DNA of 64,000 nt from contig NC_081376.1 in assembly GCF_030684315.1 (NCBI RefSeq), positions 46,432,182 to 46,496,181 of the forward strand, in the 5' to 3' direction. Positions 1 through 13,900 of this stretch are shown one piece after another (position 1 is the stretch's first letter; the number at the start of each line of letters is the position of its first letter). This DNA is from Stegostoma tigrinum (Eukaryota). Below the pieces are notes generated by a model. The model was not told where the DNA came from. It made no database searches and saw nothing but the letters and a program-made list of their open reading frames with translations. A program made the translations under genes and the position numbers.

Positions 1-735
1 GCACCATTTCCACTGCTTTCAGGCAATGTGTTCCACAGTATCTCAACCCTCTGAAAACAATGCTCATCTCTCTCCCAAAATGGTGACCCTTAATTTGAAA
101 ACAATGCCCCCGTTCTGGAAGCTCCCACAGCAGGAAACATCCTTCCCACGTCTATCTTGTCAATAGCATACATGAATCTATGCACTTTAACCAAGTAGCT
201 TCTTTCTTTTCTAAATTACAGTAGAAACTAGCCCAGTTTTTCATCCATTCATCATAGACAATACACTCCTCCCAGGTATCAATGTAGTGAACTTCTGAAC
301 TGCCTCCAAAGTATTATCAACCTTTCTTAAATATGGAGAGCAAAGTTAGGGTATTTAAGATGCGGCCTTGCCGATGCCTTGTATCACGAAAGCATAATGT
401 TGCAACTTGTACGTTCAATTCCTCATAGTAAAAGATAGTATCCCATTGGTCTTCTGTTTACATGCGTACTAACTTTGTGACTCATGCAGTAGGATACGTA
501 AATCCTTTCACAGCTGGGATTTCCTCAGTTATTGTCCTTTTATGTAGTACTCTGGTTTTTCAATTTACCTGCAGTTTATTCCATCTGCCAGAATTTTTGC
601 CCACTGTCAATATTTGTCGCCTGCAAATTTAGCTACTATGTGCCTTTGTTCCTTTCATAAAAGTCATTGATAGAAATCGTAAAATGCCTTGACTCCCCAG
701 CACGAACTCCTATAGTACTCCACTCATCACATCCT
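1..735 (-). mobile_element. Old CR1-like LINE remnant
   Basis: Reverse-complement similarity to CR1 3' ORF2 and UTR wording (agggttgagatactgtggaacacattgcctgaaagcagtgga). Confidence 0.5.
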
Positions 736-910
736 CCCTCTGGTTATTGTAAATACTGCAACTACTTTCAGTAAAATGGAGGAGTTTGTCACTCTGTATC
801 TGTAGAGGCTAAGAAACTACTCTTGGGATAAGACCATTTAGGCATCAAATCTCAGAGACAGAATTTATCCTGTGTGGACTGTTATGTTTTCTTTTAAAAA
901 AGACCCCCTC

Positions 911-932
911 CCCACCACCACCACCACCACCA
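911..932 (+). repeat. (CCA)n microsatellite
   Basis: cccaccaccaccaccaccacca. Confidence 0.7.
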
Positions 933-1059
933 GAGTAGCTTTTGTCCTTTCAAGTCTTTTTGGGATAGCCCAATTATGTGGGTTCCATGTGTTTAATGAC
1001 AGCAGTATTGTGCAGTTTTATTAATACAATACAGATGAAAATAGATTTACTACAAATAT

Positions 1060-1265
1060 AGGGGTAACAAGGTATGGGGTTAGATGAACACAGCAGGCCG
1101 AGCAGGAAAGCTGATGTTTCAGGCCTAGACCCTCCTTTAGAAAAGGTCTAGGCCTGAAACGAAAGCTTTCCTGCTCCTAAGATGCTGCTTGGCTTGCTGT
1201 GTTCTTCCAGCTCCACACCACATTATCTCGGATTCTCCAGCATCTGCAATTCCAATTATCTCTCT
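1060..1265. mobile_element. Short palindromic PLE-derived element
   Basis: Arms gatgaacacagcaggcc...ggcctagacc and ggtctaggcc...ctgtgttc, followed by the tail gattctccagcatctgcaattcc. Confidence 0.75.
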
Positions 1266-2819
1266 TACCCCAAATATAAGCATTTTTAATAAACACATCA
1301 ACTGCGCCACCTGTGAGCATCCAATTTTGGATATTTGAAACTGACTTTTTAGTAAATGGCTCAATAACATGTTTGATTCATCAGTTTACTAACTGTATAT
1401 CAAATAAATTTTAAGCAAAGCCTCTGAATACTTAAATCTATATTTTTTAAAAAAGCTTGATTTTAGTACCATCTTGCCATTGTGATAAATAAAATGAGAC
1501 GTGATCACCTATGTAGACAGAGCCACCTTCCACTGTTGTCTTTTGAACAAGTGCTAAAAATTATGGATGTTTGTTTAGTTCTGGGTGTGACTTGCATTAG
1601 AAATTTGTTTCTCTTGAATTTTGGGTGAATCATGCTGGGAGACCGTGCAACATGGTGGAAATTTTACCTCAATGTTCTTATCACTACTGAAGTGAGCATG
1701 CAGACAGAAGTTATGGATTTCGTAGGTGTGACTGTGCGATGCAGTTTTACTTGGTTTTGACCTTTTGTGGGCTGCTACAAAGTTTTATTTGTGAAAACAG
1801 TCACATTCCGTCTCAGTGAGAGAGTTGTGGGGCGAGAGCCATTGAAATGAGAATTCATTGTTCTAAACGATGACTTGACTCCTTTTGCAACTGCTAGAGT
1901 CAAGGCAATTTTCTTTTACTAATTGATGACGTGAGCATTGGTGACATATTGTCCATCCCCAGTTCCCTTTGAGAAGTGAGACATGACCTGAATACTACAG
2001 CTGCTGCAGTAGCTGCAGCAAATGTGCTGTCAGTGCTGCTAGCTAAGGAAAATTTTGACCCAGAAAAGAAAATGCAAGTGCAGCAGCACATTTCCAAGTC
2101 AAGATGGTGTGTGGCTTGGAGGGGAATTTTCAGATGGCATTGGTCCCATGCGCTGGCTGCCTTTTTTTTGCACCTTTTGTCATATGGGAGGCATGGAGAA
2201 AGAAAGCTGGGGGAGAGGGACCTCCCAGTTGATGCAGGCAGTTTGAGAAGGAGGCAGCAATTCCCCTTCCCCTTCCCCTTCACTGAATGATAACTCACAT
2301 GCTGCACTCAGGGTGCAGGCCTCTCCAGTCACTCTTTTATACAGGTTTGACTAACAAAAGAGGAAAAGACATGAAAGTGGAGTTGAGGCTCTTCCTATAT
2401 CTTCACTTCCCTCTTCCCTTTGAAATCTGGGATGTAAGCAATCCAGACCAGATAAATTACCTTTGATCTTAGCTAGCTCTTCCAGTACCATAGTGAAGTT
2501 ATGGCACAGAAGCAAGTTATTGGAGAGTGTCTGGGCGAGCTGAATAAACCACTCTAATCCCACTTTCCAGCTACTAATCTGTTACAGCATTTCTAATGCA
2601 GATTCACGTTCCTTTTTAAATGGGTTGCTATCTCAAATTAAGCAGCAAGTTCTAGACACCACCATTATCAGGAATGTCATGAACACGATGCAGGGCTGAT
2701 AAAAGGTTGTAGATGTAAATGAAGGAGACCCATGGTATGTCACATCTTAAGGTGCAAAGCGAACTGTGAACAACACTTTGAAGGGGAAAGGGACAAGCCA
2801 AAATAGACTGAATTATTTC

Positions 2820-3105
2820 AGAGATAGTAGGCACTGCAGATGCTGGAGAATCTGAGACAACAAGGCATGGAGCTGGATGAACACAGGCCGAGCAGGAAAG
2901 CTGACATTTCGGGTCTAGACCTTTCTTCAGAAATGGGGGAGGGGAAGGGGGTTCTGAAATAAATAGGGAGAGAAGGGGAGGTGGATAGAAGATGGATAAA
3001 GGAGAAGACAGCTGGAGAGGAGTCAGGTCAAAGAGGTGGAGGTGGATCCAGTAGAGGGGAGTTAGGGAGGGGATAGACCAGTCCAGGGAGGACTGACAGG
3101 TCAAG
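2820..3105 (-). mobile_element. PLE 3' terminal fragment
   Basis: Tail gagatagtaggcactgcagatgctggagaatc, a decayed hammerhead region and a purine-rich UTR, homologous to 57137-57410. Confidence 0.75.
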
Positions 3106-3814
3106 GTTGAGAATGTCCTTGACACTGTCTCCTGCATTTCCTGCAACTCATCAGGGTGTCTGAGGCTGAGAGATGGGGTGAGAGAGGGGTTAGAGTAAAG
3201 GAAAAAGAACAGGCGGAGCAGAGGAGCTCTAGCTGGAGGGTCATACTCCTCCATCTTACTGGATATTGCTCCTGTCTCTGCATGCAAATGCTCCACCCAT
3301 CAATTCAAGGTGCAGAGTAGTGTAGTCAAACCAACTTTGTATTGTGTTATCATAAATTAGCATATGAGTGGGTGAAACATTAGTGAGCTTATCGGTCTGG
3401 ACATGGAATAATGTTTCTTTGGGCATTCATTGACATGGCAGGTGTATTTGGGGCAGACTGAAATGTCAGTGAGGGTTGGGGGTTGTAAGGTGCCTTTAGT
3501 GGCTGAGTAGGTTCCAACTCATCGATCTGCTTGTGGCTTATGTTCCTTGACAAGGCTTGATTTCAGCAGCTTTTGGTTACCAGGAAGATCATGAATCCTA
3601 CTGAGTGGCATAATAGAGTACAGGGATGGTTTGGCATACTTTGTTTAATGCTTTTGGCAAAGACTATTTGCTGGAGTGTTTGCTAGAGTAATCTTAATTT
3701 ATGGAGATTCATTTCAGAAGCTGATATAGATTGCTTAAGTACACAATTAGTGTAAACAATGTAAATAGTTGTACACAGATTTAAGTCCCCAAACTATTCA
3801 ACATGGGACCATCA

Positions 3815-3990
3815 TAGATAACCAAGTGTGGAGAATCCGAGATAACAAGGTGTAGAGCTGGATGAGCACAGCAGGCCAAGCGGCATCAGAGGACCACAAA
3901 AGCTGATGTTTCGGGTCTAGACCCTTCATCCAGCCCCACACTTTGTTATCTCGGATTCACCAGCATCTGCATTTCCCCTTAACTCTTATA
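3815..3990. mobile_element. Short palindromic PLE-derived element with 16-bp TSD
   Basis: caacatgggaccatca at 3799-3814 and 3991-4006 flanks the PLE terminal sequence. Confidence 0.8.
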
Positions 3991-4651
3991 CAACATGGGA
4001 CCATCAGCCTGGTAGCACCTCAGTTTGCTTTTCACTGACACTGAGTTTCAGTGCTCATGCTCATTGGAAATACTGGAGTGACTTGATATGAGCCTACACT
4101 GCAGTGGCATGTTTTATGGATTTGTGAACTTGATTATTTGATTCATTTCCATTGAGATTGTACCAAATAGAGATGAAATTGAGATGTAGGAAAAGCTTAT
4201 ATGAACTGTTTGTGTACCTCTGTTGGACTAACCCATTTAAGCATATTGTCTTGGAGAACCTGTTCCTTCAGTCGACTCATCAGTAAGTGAAAAGCAGCAA
4301 TAAATGCACTTGACTGTCCGAGTGGAAAAGGGCATGTATGTTAATGTTTACGTGGCTTTTTAGCCCTTAGCTATTCTGACCGCCTCTGACAGTTAGTGGG
4401 GACTCAAATCCACCAATCTGATTGCATCCTTATTGCAAATCACGGTGTCTATATTTACATTGGTATAAGCTGCCCAGAAATGGCAGCAAGAACTCAAGGT
4501 TAGAGATTTTTTGATCCATACCTGTTTTCATTTGCATCTTGGTTGTAATCCACCTTGGGTGGGATGTTCTCTGCATTGATTAATCTGATTGTGCTTTCGT
4601 TCGTTGTTCCTTTATTTCTGCTGCTCTACAATTTTTCATTCTTTTCTACAG

Positions 4652-4696
4652 GGGGCAAGGGAAGAAAGTGTCCACTTATTACGGCGTTTCTATAAG
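4652..4696 (+). CDS. CLEC16A: CLEC16A internal coding exon (GAREESVHLLRRFYK)
   Basis: Polypyrimidine tract ending ...ttctacag, then 45 nt, then gtgagg. The peptide matches vertebrate CLEC16A as I recall it (GAREESVHLVRHFYK). Phase 0/0. Confidence 0.9.
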
Positions 4697-5687
4697 GTGA
4701 GGCTGGATTTTTAAAGTGTTTTTAGGCTGTTGTTAGTGCAACGTTCCCAAGTAATGGGGAAACCTTAATGTGCTCAAAATTATTTAGTTGGTTAAACTTA
4801 CAAAAAGCACAGGCAAGCCAGAATCTTTGTGCTGTAGACAAAGAATTTTTTTTTAAAACAGCACTTAAATTTTAAAGTTGTTCTTCCTTGACAATTCTAC
4901 TGCATCAACACATGTTTTAAAGAATGTGGATTCAATGGTTTAATGGTAAATGCATCTCATTAGTTGTCCATCATTTATTATCATTGGGATGTGATTTTTG
5001 ACATTTGATGATCAATTCCATTAAGCCAATAAAAGGTAATTGTCTACAAAGACCATTCCTATATAGTTGGAAAGCACCAATTTGTTTTCTTTTACCATCA
5101 ATGAAAATGAATTATGGACAGAAGTCTCCACTATCTGCAGTGCTTGTCTTGGAAAGGTATAGTAATGTGAAAGCCAAAGGTAATGAATGTTTTACATATG
5201 CTGAAACCTCTACCAAATGTTAACATGTAGATCATTTTCTTAAACCAGAGTTGGAAAGGGAAGTCTTGCTGTCAGATTTGTGTGATTGGTGCCCTGCTGT
5301 TTGGGACAAAAATCGGAGAAATATTGCCATGACTGTGTGGCTTTCATATTTAAGTTTAAAGAAAGTTACTTGTACCAGGTCTTTACCCTGAGGCAAGATT
5401 CCCTTTCTAATGAGAAGCATTTTTACTATTGTTTTGCAATTTATCATCTTGTTATTGGTGTTTCTTGAGTGGATTCCTCTCTCTCAATTTTCACAGTTCA
5501 AGTTTTTCTGCCTGCCTCCTTTTTGTTTTCAATTTATCTTTAAGTCTGCATGCAGGAGAAATCTCTCTCCTTAACCAAACATGCACTCATTCTCATGTGC
5601 AGCTTTGTGCACGTGCACTCTTACTCGTGCATGTGGGCACTTTTTTGTTTCCCTCTCTCTTCCAAAGTGCATGATTCTGTGCATCCA

Positions 5688-5904
5688 AGATAACAAGGTG
5701 TAGAGCTGGATGAACACAGCAGGCTAAGCAGCATCAGAGGAGCAAAAAACTGACATTTCGGGCCTAGACCCTCCTTCAGACCCCAGAAGAAGGGTCTAGA
5801 CCGAAACGTCAGCTTTGCTACTCCTCTGCTGCTTGGTCTGCTGTGTTCATCCAGCTCTACACCTTGTTATCTCAGATTCTCCAGCATCTGCAGTTCCTAC
5901 TATC
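5688..5904. mobile_element. Short palindromic PLE-derived element with 11-bp TSD
   Basis: ctgtgcatcca at 5677-5687 and 5905-5915; internal inverted arms. Confidence 0.8.
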
Positions 5905-6099
5905 CTGTGCATCCATCTGTTTTTTGAAAGTGCTGTCCCCATCACAAACTTCAGATGTTTGGTTTTTGACTGCAGAAATTACGTTATCTCAGGCAAGGTT
6001 AAGCAAGTGTAACTGTCATGGTAACCCAGCTAGTGTGGGCAATGAACCCATTCTTTTGTCCTCACTCTGAATCTCAAATCAACAGTCCAATGAACTGAG

Positions 6100-6247
6100 A
6101 TAATGGGAACTGCAGATGCTGGATAATCCGAGACAACAAAGTGTGGAGCTGGATGAACACAACAGGCCAAGCAGCATCTTCGGACCACAAAAGCTTGCTC
6201 CTAAGATGCTGCTTGGTCTGCTGTGTTCATTCAGCTCCACACTTTAT
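6100..6247. mobile_element. Short palindromic PLE-derived element with ~15-bp TSD
   Basis: gtccaatgaactgag (6085-6099) and gtcccatgaactgag (6248-6262). Confidence 0.75.
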
Positions 6248-6944
6248 GTCCCATGAACTGAGCCACCTGACCCTGCATTTTGCAGAGGGAGTGAAACAAA
6301 GTCAGTGTGGATGCAAATTCAGAGTTAAGCTGGGGATTAACTGGTGGGCTGTTTCAGCAATTAAATGACATTGCAGAGTATGATGAACAGTCAGGTGAAC
6401 ATTTAAGATAGAGGAATGAAGATTTCATTTGAGAGATGAGCAGAACACTGGCATTTGTGTTTCTACCTAAGTGAAAGGAACTGCGGCAGTTCAAGAAGGC
6501 AACTGGAGATGGGCAATAAATTTTGCCCTAGCCAGTGATGTCCACGTTCCAGGAGTTAATGTTTTTAAAAACAAAATGTACAGGGCAAACCGGCTAGTAA
6601 ACAGCGCATTGAGCTACCTACTTTTCATCTGCCACACTCCCAGGTAGTGCATTCCATACACTAACTACTTGCTGAGTTGGGGGAAGAAAAATTCTCACAT
6701 CACCCTTACTTCTGTTGCTCATCAATTTAAATCTATGCCCTTAATTATTTTTACGAAATGTATCCCCCTATCAACTCCATTCTGGTCAGTTGTGATTTTG
6801 TAAACCTCTGTCAAATCTCCTGGTCGCCTCCTTTACCAGGAGAGTAGTTCCAATTACTTCAAACTGTCCTCGTAACTAAAGCTTCTCATTTCTGGAACCG
6901 TATTTGTGCATTGTTTCTGACACATTCACACCTTTCCTATTACA

Positions 6945-7165
6945 GATCATAGATCATGGAATCCCTACAGTGTGGAAACAGACCCTTCGGACCAATAAGT
7001 CCACACTGACCCTCAGAGCATCTCACCCAGGCCCATCCCCCTGTAACCCACCTATCTACGCATCCCTGAACACTACGGGGCAATTTAGCATAGCCAGTCC
7101 ACCTAGCCTGCACATCTTTGCACTGTGGGAGTAAACTGGAGCACGCAGACATGAGAATGTGCATC
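6945..7165 (-). mobile_element. HE1-like V-SINE 3' part, within a minus-strand CR1-like remnant (about 6590-7900)
   Basis: Reverse complement matches the body of 31118-31445 (ctcccacagtgcaaagatgtgcaggctagg...). Confidence 0.75.
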
Positions 7166-9034
7166 TCTGGCACTCGTAACTATACGCAATAGCCCAACAG
7201 TGATCTATGCTCTTGTACTCCCCTATGCCCCTTCGAATAAATCTGAAAATGCAGTATGCTTTATTAACTGCTCACTCCACTTGCACAGATCATTGAAGTT
7301 GGCAGGACATGTATACGTCAAATCCCTATTCTCCTGTACCACCTCTTCCTTGTATTAACTTCAAATGAGCTTCTAACTGAAGTGCGTCACCTCACACTTC
7401 ACTGCATCGAGCATCGTCTGCCACCTGTCCGCCTATTCCATCAACTTGCCAATATCATTTTGGAGTTCCACACCGTCTTCCTCACAGTTTATAATTCTTA
7501 CAAGTTTAGTGTCATTTGCAAAAAATTGAAATTGTTCCTTGCACGCCAAGATCCACGTTATTAATGTACATCAGGAAAAGACAAGGATCCCAATTTTGAC
7601 CCCTAGGGAGCTCCTCTATAAAGGTCCTTGAAGCCTGAAAAATATCATTTGACCATCATGCTCTATTTCCTATTGGTCAAACAATCTTGTATCTGTATCT
7701 CTCTGTTACCATGACCTAGAACATTCATGACAAGTCTATTGTGTGGCACTGTATCAAATGCCTTTAGAAATCCTTGCATTATCACATCAACAGCATTACT
7801 CTTGTCGAGCCTTTGTTACCTCTTCAAGAGAAAACTCCAGTTAATTAGTTAAAGTTAATCAAAAATCGATGCTGAATTTTCCTAACGAATGTGCCTTTTT
7901 CCATGTGACTACTAACTCTCTCACAAATAATGGTTTCTAGAAGCTTCAACTTCATGGAATGTGGACATTTTGGGCCAGGCCAGTATTTACTGTTCCATCC
8001 CTAATTCTTCTGCAGGAAGTAGTGATGAGCTGCCTTCTAAAGCTACTGCAGTCCACGTAGTGTATGTACATCTGTTAAAAGTAATGCCGTTAAGAGAGTG
8101 AGTTCCAAGATTTTGAGATTCCAAGTGGTGGAACGACTATATGGTTCCAAGTCAAGATTGTTTTTCACTTGGTGGGGAACTTTGAGGTGATGGTTTCTGC
8201 TGCCTTTGTCCTTGTAAATGGTAAAGGTCACTGATTTGGAAGATGATGATAAAGAATTCTTGGTGATTTTTTTGCAGTTCATCTGTGGTTGGTCCACACT
8301 TCTGTGGTTGATGGGGTTACCAATCAAATAATGTCAAACTTCTAATTACTGTTGGAACTACACCCATCCAAGCAAGTCAAATGTATTGATCATACTCCTG
8401 ACTTGTGCTTTGTAACTGGCAGGGCAGGCTTTGTTGAGTCTAGAGATGAGTTACTTGCCACAGAATTCCCAGCCTCTGACCTGCTCTTGTATCAACATTA
8501 TTTAGTTCAGTTTCTGGTCGATCGTAACCCCCGGGATGCTAATAGTGCGGGGCTCAGTGAAAGTAATACGATTTGCCAGTAACTATGTTAGTGCTTTGGA
8601 ACACACATATATTGCTCGAAGCAAGCTGTGCTGTTTTAATGACTATCTTGTTTTCTCACTTCCTTACACAAACATTTTAACTGCTTTCTGCATAGCAAAT
8701 TTCATAAATTAACTTCTAGTTTTTTTTTGGGTTGGAATTACTCAGTGTTTCTTTCTTTCTTGTCTAGCCTGTGGTTTGTAGCCAATTCTAAAGTTATTTG
8801 CAAAATATGGCATTGGCTTTTTATTTAGAATCCCAGACATTTGGTTGTTAAAGAAAGACTAATTTGGAAGTCTTCTTGCAATTCCTTCATATAATAGGTT
8901 TATTTATTAAGTAGGCTGACCAAAGTGGAATGCTACTTTCTCGAGACTTTATTTATGTAACAGCAAATTAGCAGCTTTGGTCAGATTTTGCAACATCGTG
9001 ACTCATTGCACGTGAAAGAACTGTTGCTGAGTGA

Positions 9035-9503
9035 AGATACCGAAGTGTGGGGCTGGATGAACACAGGCCAAGCTTAGGAGCACAAAAGCTGATGCTTCGG
9101 GCCTAGACCCTTGACCAGAAAAGGGGGATGGGGAGAGGATTCTGAAATAAATAGGGAGAGGGGGAGGTGGACCAAAGATCAAGAGAGGAGAAGATAGGTA
9201 GGGAGAGAATAGGCCAATCTGGAGAGGATGGACAAGGGGACGAGCTGGGCTGGTTTTGGGATGCAGTGGGGGAAGGGGAGATTTTGAAGCTGGTGAAATC
9301 CACATTGATACCATTAGGCTGCAGGGTTCCCAAGCGGAATATGAGGTGCTGTTCCTGCAACCTTCGGGTGGCATCGTTGTGGTACTGCAGGAGGCCCAGG
9401 ATGGACATGTCTCAGGAATGGGAGGGAGAGTTGAAATGGTTCACGACTGGGAGGTGCAGTTGTTTGTTGTGAAACAAGCGTAGGTGTTCTGCAAAGCGGT
9501 CCA
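9035..9503 (-). mobile_element. PLE 3' fragment with end of GIY-YIG ORF
   Basis: ORF 9103..9408 (...HNDATRRLQEQHLIFRLGTLQPNGINVDF) is homologous to the 57.5-kb element. Confidence 0.85.
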
Positions 9504-9593
9504 AGAGTGACTTTGTTTTGTTATGATCCCAGTTGATGTTACCACTGGGCATGTCTGATCCTGTAATGAAATCTAGCTTGATAGATGCAACAT

Positions 9594-9903
9594 AGATAAT
9601 AGGAACTGCAGATGCTGGAGAATCCGAGATAACAAGGTGTAGAGCTGGATGAACACAGCAGGTCGAGCAGGAATGCTGACCTTCAAGGGCCTAGACCTTG
9701 TTATCTTGGATTCTCCAGCATCTGCCGTTCCTATTATCTCTGACACAATTTTAACCCCACTGCGAAGCCTCTTCTAAGGATGCCTACCCTGAAGAGGTTA
9801 CCCTCCTCCCTCCCCATTTCTGATGAAGGGTCTAGGCCTGAAACTTCACCCTTCCCGCTCTTATGATGTGCTTGACCTGCTGGGTTCATCCAGCTCTACA
9901 CCA
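9594..9903. mobile_element. Rearranged palindromic PLE-derived element with 15-bp TSD
   Basis: tgatagatgcaacat at 9579-9593 and 9904-9918; contains ctgatgaagggtctaggcctgaaac from 9820. Confidence 0.8.
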
Positions 9904-10999
9904 TGATAGATGCAACATGTTTACTTTATATTTAATGTGGTAGCTGTCACTTAAACGTAGACACCCAGGGCCCCAGATTCTGTTTAACAATAAAACACCA
10001 GTAAATCACACAGAAGGAAAAAAGCCCACACTATCTGAGCAGTTTGAAAGATTTTTTAAGCGCACACAGCAAAGCAAAGCTTCATCTATTCCCCAATACT
10101 ATCGCATTAAAGGTCAACTTTACTGCTTTTCCCCAATTCTGACATGGGAACTGTGATGTTCTAAGATCGATATTTGCAACATGAGAATGTTAGACTTTCT
10201 CAACCCTTTAATACTCCACCGATTTTCAATCAAACATTCCAGGCCTAGAAGCTTCGCCAGCTGAATGGCAAGGCCAATGTAACTGAGCTTCCCTGAACTG
10301 CCCCAGTATCCTTTTTTAGGTGACAAACTGTCTGTTTTTTGACCCCCAGGCCAGCCTTGACGAAGACTGTCCTAAAAAGCTTTCAATTTCTGGGTTTTCT
10401 AAGCTGCAGTCCATCGTTGATCATTTTTTTGCTAATCATTCATGGCATTTTGGGAGTTGCTGATTGGACCAGTTTGCCCTTGAGAAGGTGGCAGTAGGGT
10501 TCCTCTTTGCAGTCCGTATAGTGTAGGTTGACCCACAATGTGTCAGGGAGTACTTCCACAACTTTGACACCGCAACAGTGAAGGAATGATGATTGTCAGG
10601 ATGGTGAGCAGCTTGGAGGGAGACTCTCAGGTAGTGGTATTCTATTTATCTGCTACACTGTTCTTCCGGATGGTGTGGTTGTGAATTTGCAAGGAGCAGT
10701 CTAAGGAGGTTTGGTGAATTTCCTGAAGAACTCTTGTTGTGTTGTACCAGCACAAAGGTGATTGACTTCCGACAATCTCAGCCATCCTCCTCTCTGCAGT
10801 GTATGACCCCTAACAAGTGGAGAGGTCCCCCTCACCACCTCCGCCATTCCCACTGCTCATAGTTTTGCTAGGACTCCTTGATGCCTTGCTTCATCAAATG
10901 CGTCAAACACACATCATCTCTGGAGTTCAACTCTTTTGCCCATGTTTGGCCCAACATTTGGCTGAGGTGCCTTGAGCAGCTCACTACACAGAGGCAGGA

Positions 11000-13900
11000 A
11001 AAATAATGAGACAGTAGTAGTGATAGGAAACTTTATTGTAAGGGAAACCAATCAATATTTCTGACCATAAACATGACATCAAGTTGTTATATTGCCTCCT
11101 GCTGACAGGATCAAGAATGTCATTGAGCAGTTGCAGGATGTTTTTGAAGGGAGTAGAAAAACAGTAACAAAACAAAAGTAATGAGGTCCTGCATGCAACA
11201 AATAGAGAGCAAGGAAATAAGTTGTAAAGCAGGACCTCGGATAGTAATGAGACAAAAAAAGACTGCCAATGCTGGAATTCAAGGTAGACAAACAGGAAGA
11301 AAACTGAGGGGCCAGGCAGCATTTGGAGGAATGGCGCAGTCAATGTTTTGGGTATTACCCTTCTTCAAGACTCCAGTTGTAAGCTTGGGTTTGTTCCTTC
11401 TGCCATGTGCTTGTGAGATCAGAAATGGGACAAAAGACTGTTAGAATGTATATCTGGAGGGGTGATGTTAAATTCTTGTGACATTGGGACAATACTGGGG
11501 CAGATGCGTTCTGGACTTGGTGGACGAGTTTCCCCTTATCTGCTACTACGTTCTTAGTAGGTTTACACTAGAATGGCAAGGGGGCTGGGGACCAGAGCGG
11601 GAAAACAAACAAGGAAGTGAAATGTCGAAAAGTAGAAAACTAGAAGGCAAAGGAAACCAGGGCTAGCAGGAAATAGAGCGGCAGTGCAAAAAAGGCCTTT
11701 TTTTAAGAAAAGTGTCTAAAGGTACTATATCTCAATGCAGGAGCATTTGCAAAAAAAAAGACATTAACAGTAAGACCAGCTGTATATGGATTTGATAAAA
11801 TTGTGATTGCCGAGGCCCTTCAATCCAGGCCACCTTGGGAACTGATCATACAAGGGTATTCCATCTTTAGGAAGGACAGACAAAATGTAAAGGAGGCGGC
11901 ATGGAGGTATTGCTTTAAAAAAAAATAAAATCCTGGAATTCCCTCCCAAAGAGCATTGTGGGTCAGCCTACAAGAGGTGGATTACAGTGTTTCAAGAAGG
12001 CAGCTCAGTGCCCCCTTAGCAAGGGCACGTAGGGGTGGGCAATAAACGCTGCTAGCCAACAATGTCCACATTTCATGACTTGATCTTTTCTTGGGAAATA
12101 AGGCAGGGCAAGTGACTGAAGAGCTAGTGGGGGAGCACTTTAGGATCAGTGATCATAATTCTATTGTTTAAAGTGTTATGGAAAAGGATAGACCTTGTCA
12201 GAAAGTTGTGTTTTGGGATAAGGCCAATTTTGATGTATAAAACAGGAGCTTTCAAAAGTTGATTAGAGTAGATTGTTCATAGGCAAAGGAACAACTGGCA
12301 AGTGGAAAGCTTACAAAACTGAGATAACAAGTGTTCAAAGACCATGTTCCTGTGAGAGTGAAGGGGAAAGCTGGTAGAGGTGGGGAACAGTGGATGAATA
12401 AATAAATTGCGGCTGTGGTCAAGAATAAGGTTGCATATAGAAGGTATAGTCAACTGGAATCAAGTGAATCTCTTGAGTATAAGGAGAGGGGGGGGCTTTC
12501 TTAAGAGAGAAATCAGGAGAACAGGAAGTGAATGAGATGGCCTTGGCAGATAAGGTTAAGGATAATCAAACCAGTTTCTACAAGTATATTAAGGGCAAAG
12601 AGCAGCTCGGAAGAGAATAGTGCCCTTTAAAAATCAACAAGGCCGTCAATGTGTTGAGCCACAGGTGTTGAGAGAGATGCTAAGTGAATATTTTTGCTTT
12701 GGTATTTACCGTTGAGAAAGACATGGAGGCAAGGGAGTTTGGGGAAATAAATATTGATGTCTTGAAAACAGTCCACATTGCAGAAGAGCAAGTGCTGGAG
12801 ATTTTAAAAAGGGTAAAGGTAGATAAATCTCTGGAGTTCTTAAGGAGAGTCACTGGACCCGAAACATTAAATCTGATTTCTTGCCACAGGGAGGCATGGT
12901 GACTCAGTGGTTAGCACTGTTACCTCTCAGCACCAGTGACCTGGGTTTGATTCCACTCTCAGGTGTCTGAGTGGAATTTGCATGTTCTCCCCATATCTGC
13001 ATGGGTTTTTCAGGTGCTCCAGTTTCCTCCCACAGTCCAGAGATGTGCAGGTTGTGCATGGGTTGGCCATGCTAAATTATCCATAGTGTTCAGGGATGTG
13101 AGTTTGATGATCATCCATGAGAAATACAGGGTTACAGGGATTGGGTGGGATGTTCTTCAGAGGGTCAGTACAGACTTGTTGGTCCAAAATGACCTGTTTC
13201 TACACGAAGGATTCAGTGGAGAAACTGCTAGACCTGCTAAGATTTTCTAGCAGTTGCTATTTTTGTTTCAGATTTCCAGCATTTCCATTTCTTTATTTGT
13301 TTTGAAAAATCTCTGGGACCTTTATCAAGCATACGGTAGGATATTATGTCAAGCTAGGGAAGAAACTGCAGGGCCTCAGCAGAATTATCAACAGCCATGG
13401 GTGAGTTGCCAGAGGACTGGAGAGTGGCTAATGTTGTGCCTTTATTTAAGAGAGGCTACACGGAGAAGCTTGGGAGCCATAGACTACTGAGTCTGATGTC
13501 AGTGGTAGATAATTGTTGGAGGGGATTCTGAGAGACAGAATTTATATGTATTTAGGGAAGCAAAGACTGATTAGGGATAGTCAGCATGACGTTGTTCATG
13601 GGAAATCGTGTCTCTCAACCTTGATTGAGTTTTTTGAGGAGGTGACCAAGAAGACAGATGAGAACAGAGCGATCGACATTGTCTACATGGGCTTTTCTAA
13701 GGCCTTTGACAAGGTTGCACGTGGTAGACCGGTTAGTAAAGTTAGGTAACATGGGACACAGGGAGAGCGTGCAAATTGGATACAAAGTTGACTTGACGAT
13801 AGGAGACAGAGGAGAGTGTTAAGTGAGTTGTTTTTTGGACTGGAGGCCTGTGACCAGTGCTGTTCCTCAGAGGTCGCTGCTTGCTCCACTGTTGTTCGTC

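Noticed and set aside
1900-2307. Overlapping ORFs on both strands with an Ala-rich stretch
   Set aside because: No similarity to CLEC16A or any protein I recognise, and no convincing splice context.
2652-3296. 214-aa minus-strand ORF as a nested gene
   Set aside because: Largely read-through of a low-complexity PLE terminus and UTR; no recognisable domain.
5595-5640. Palindrome gtgcacgtgcac in an alternating purine-pyrimidine patch
   Set aside because: Short and probably a decayed simple repeat; no supporting context.
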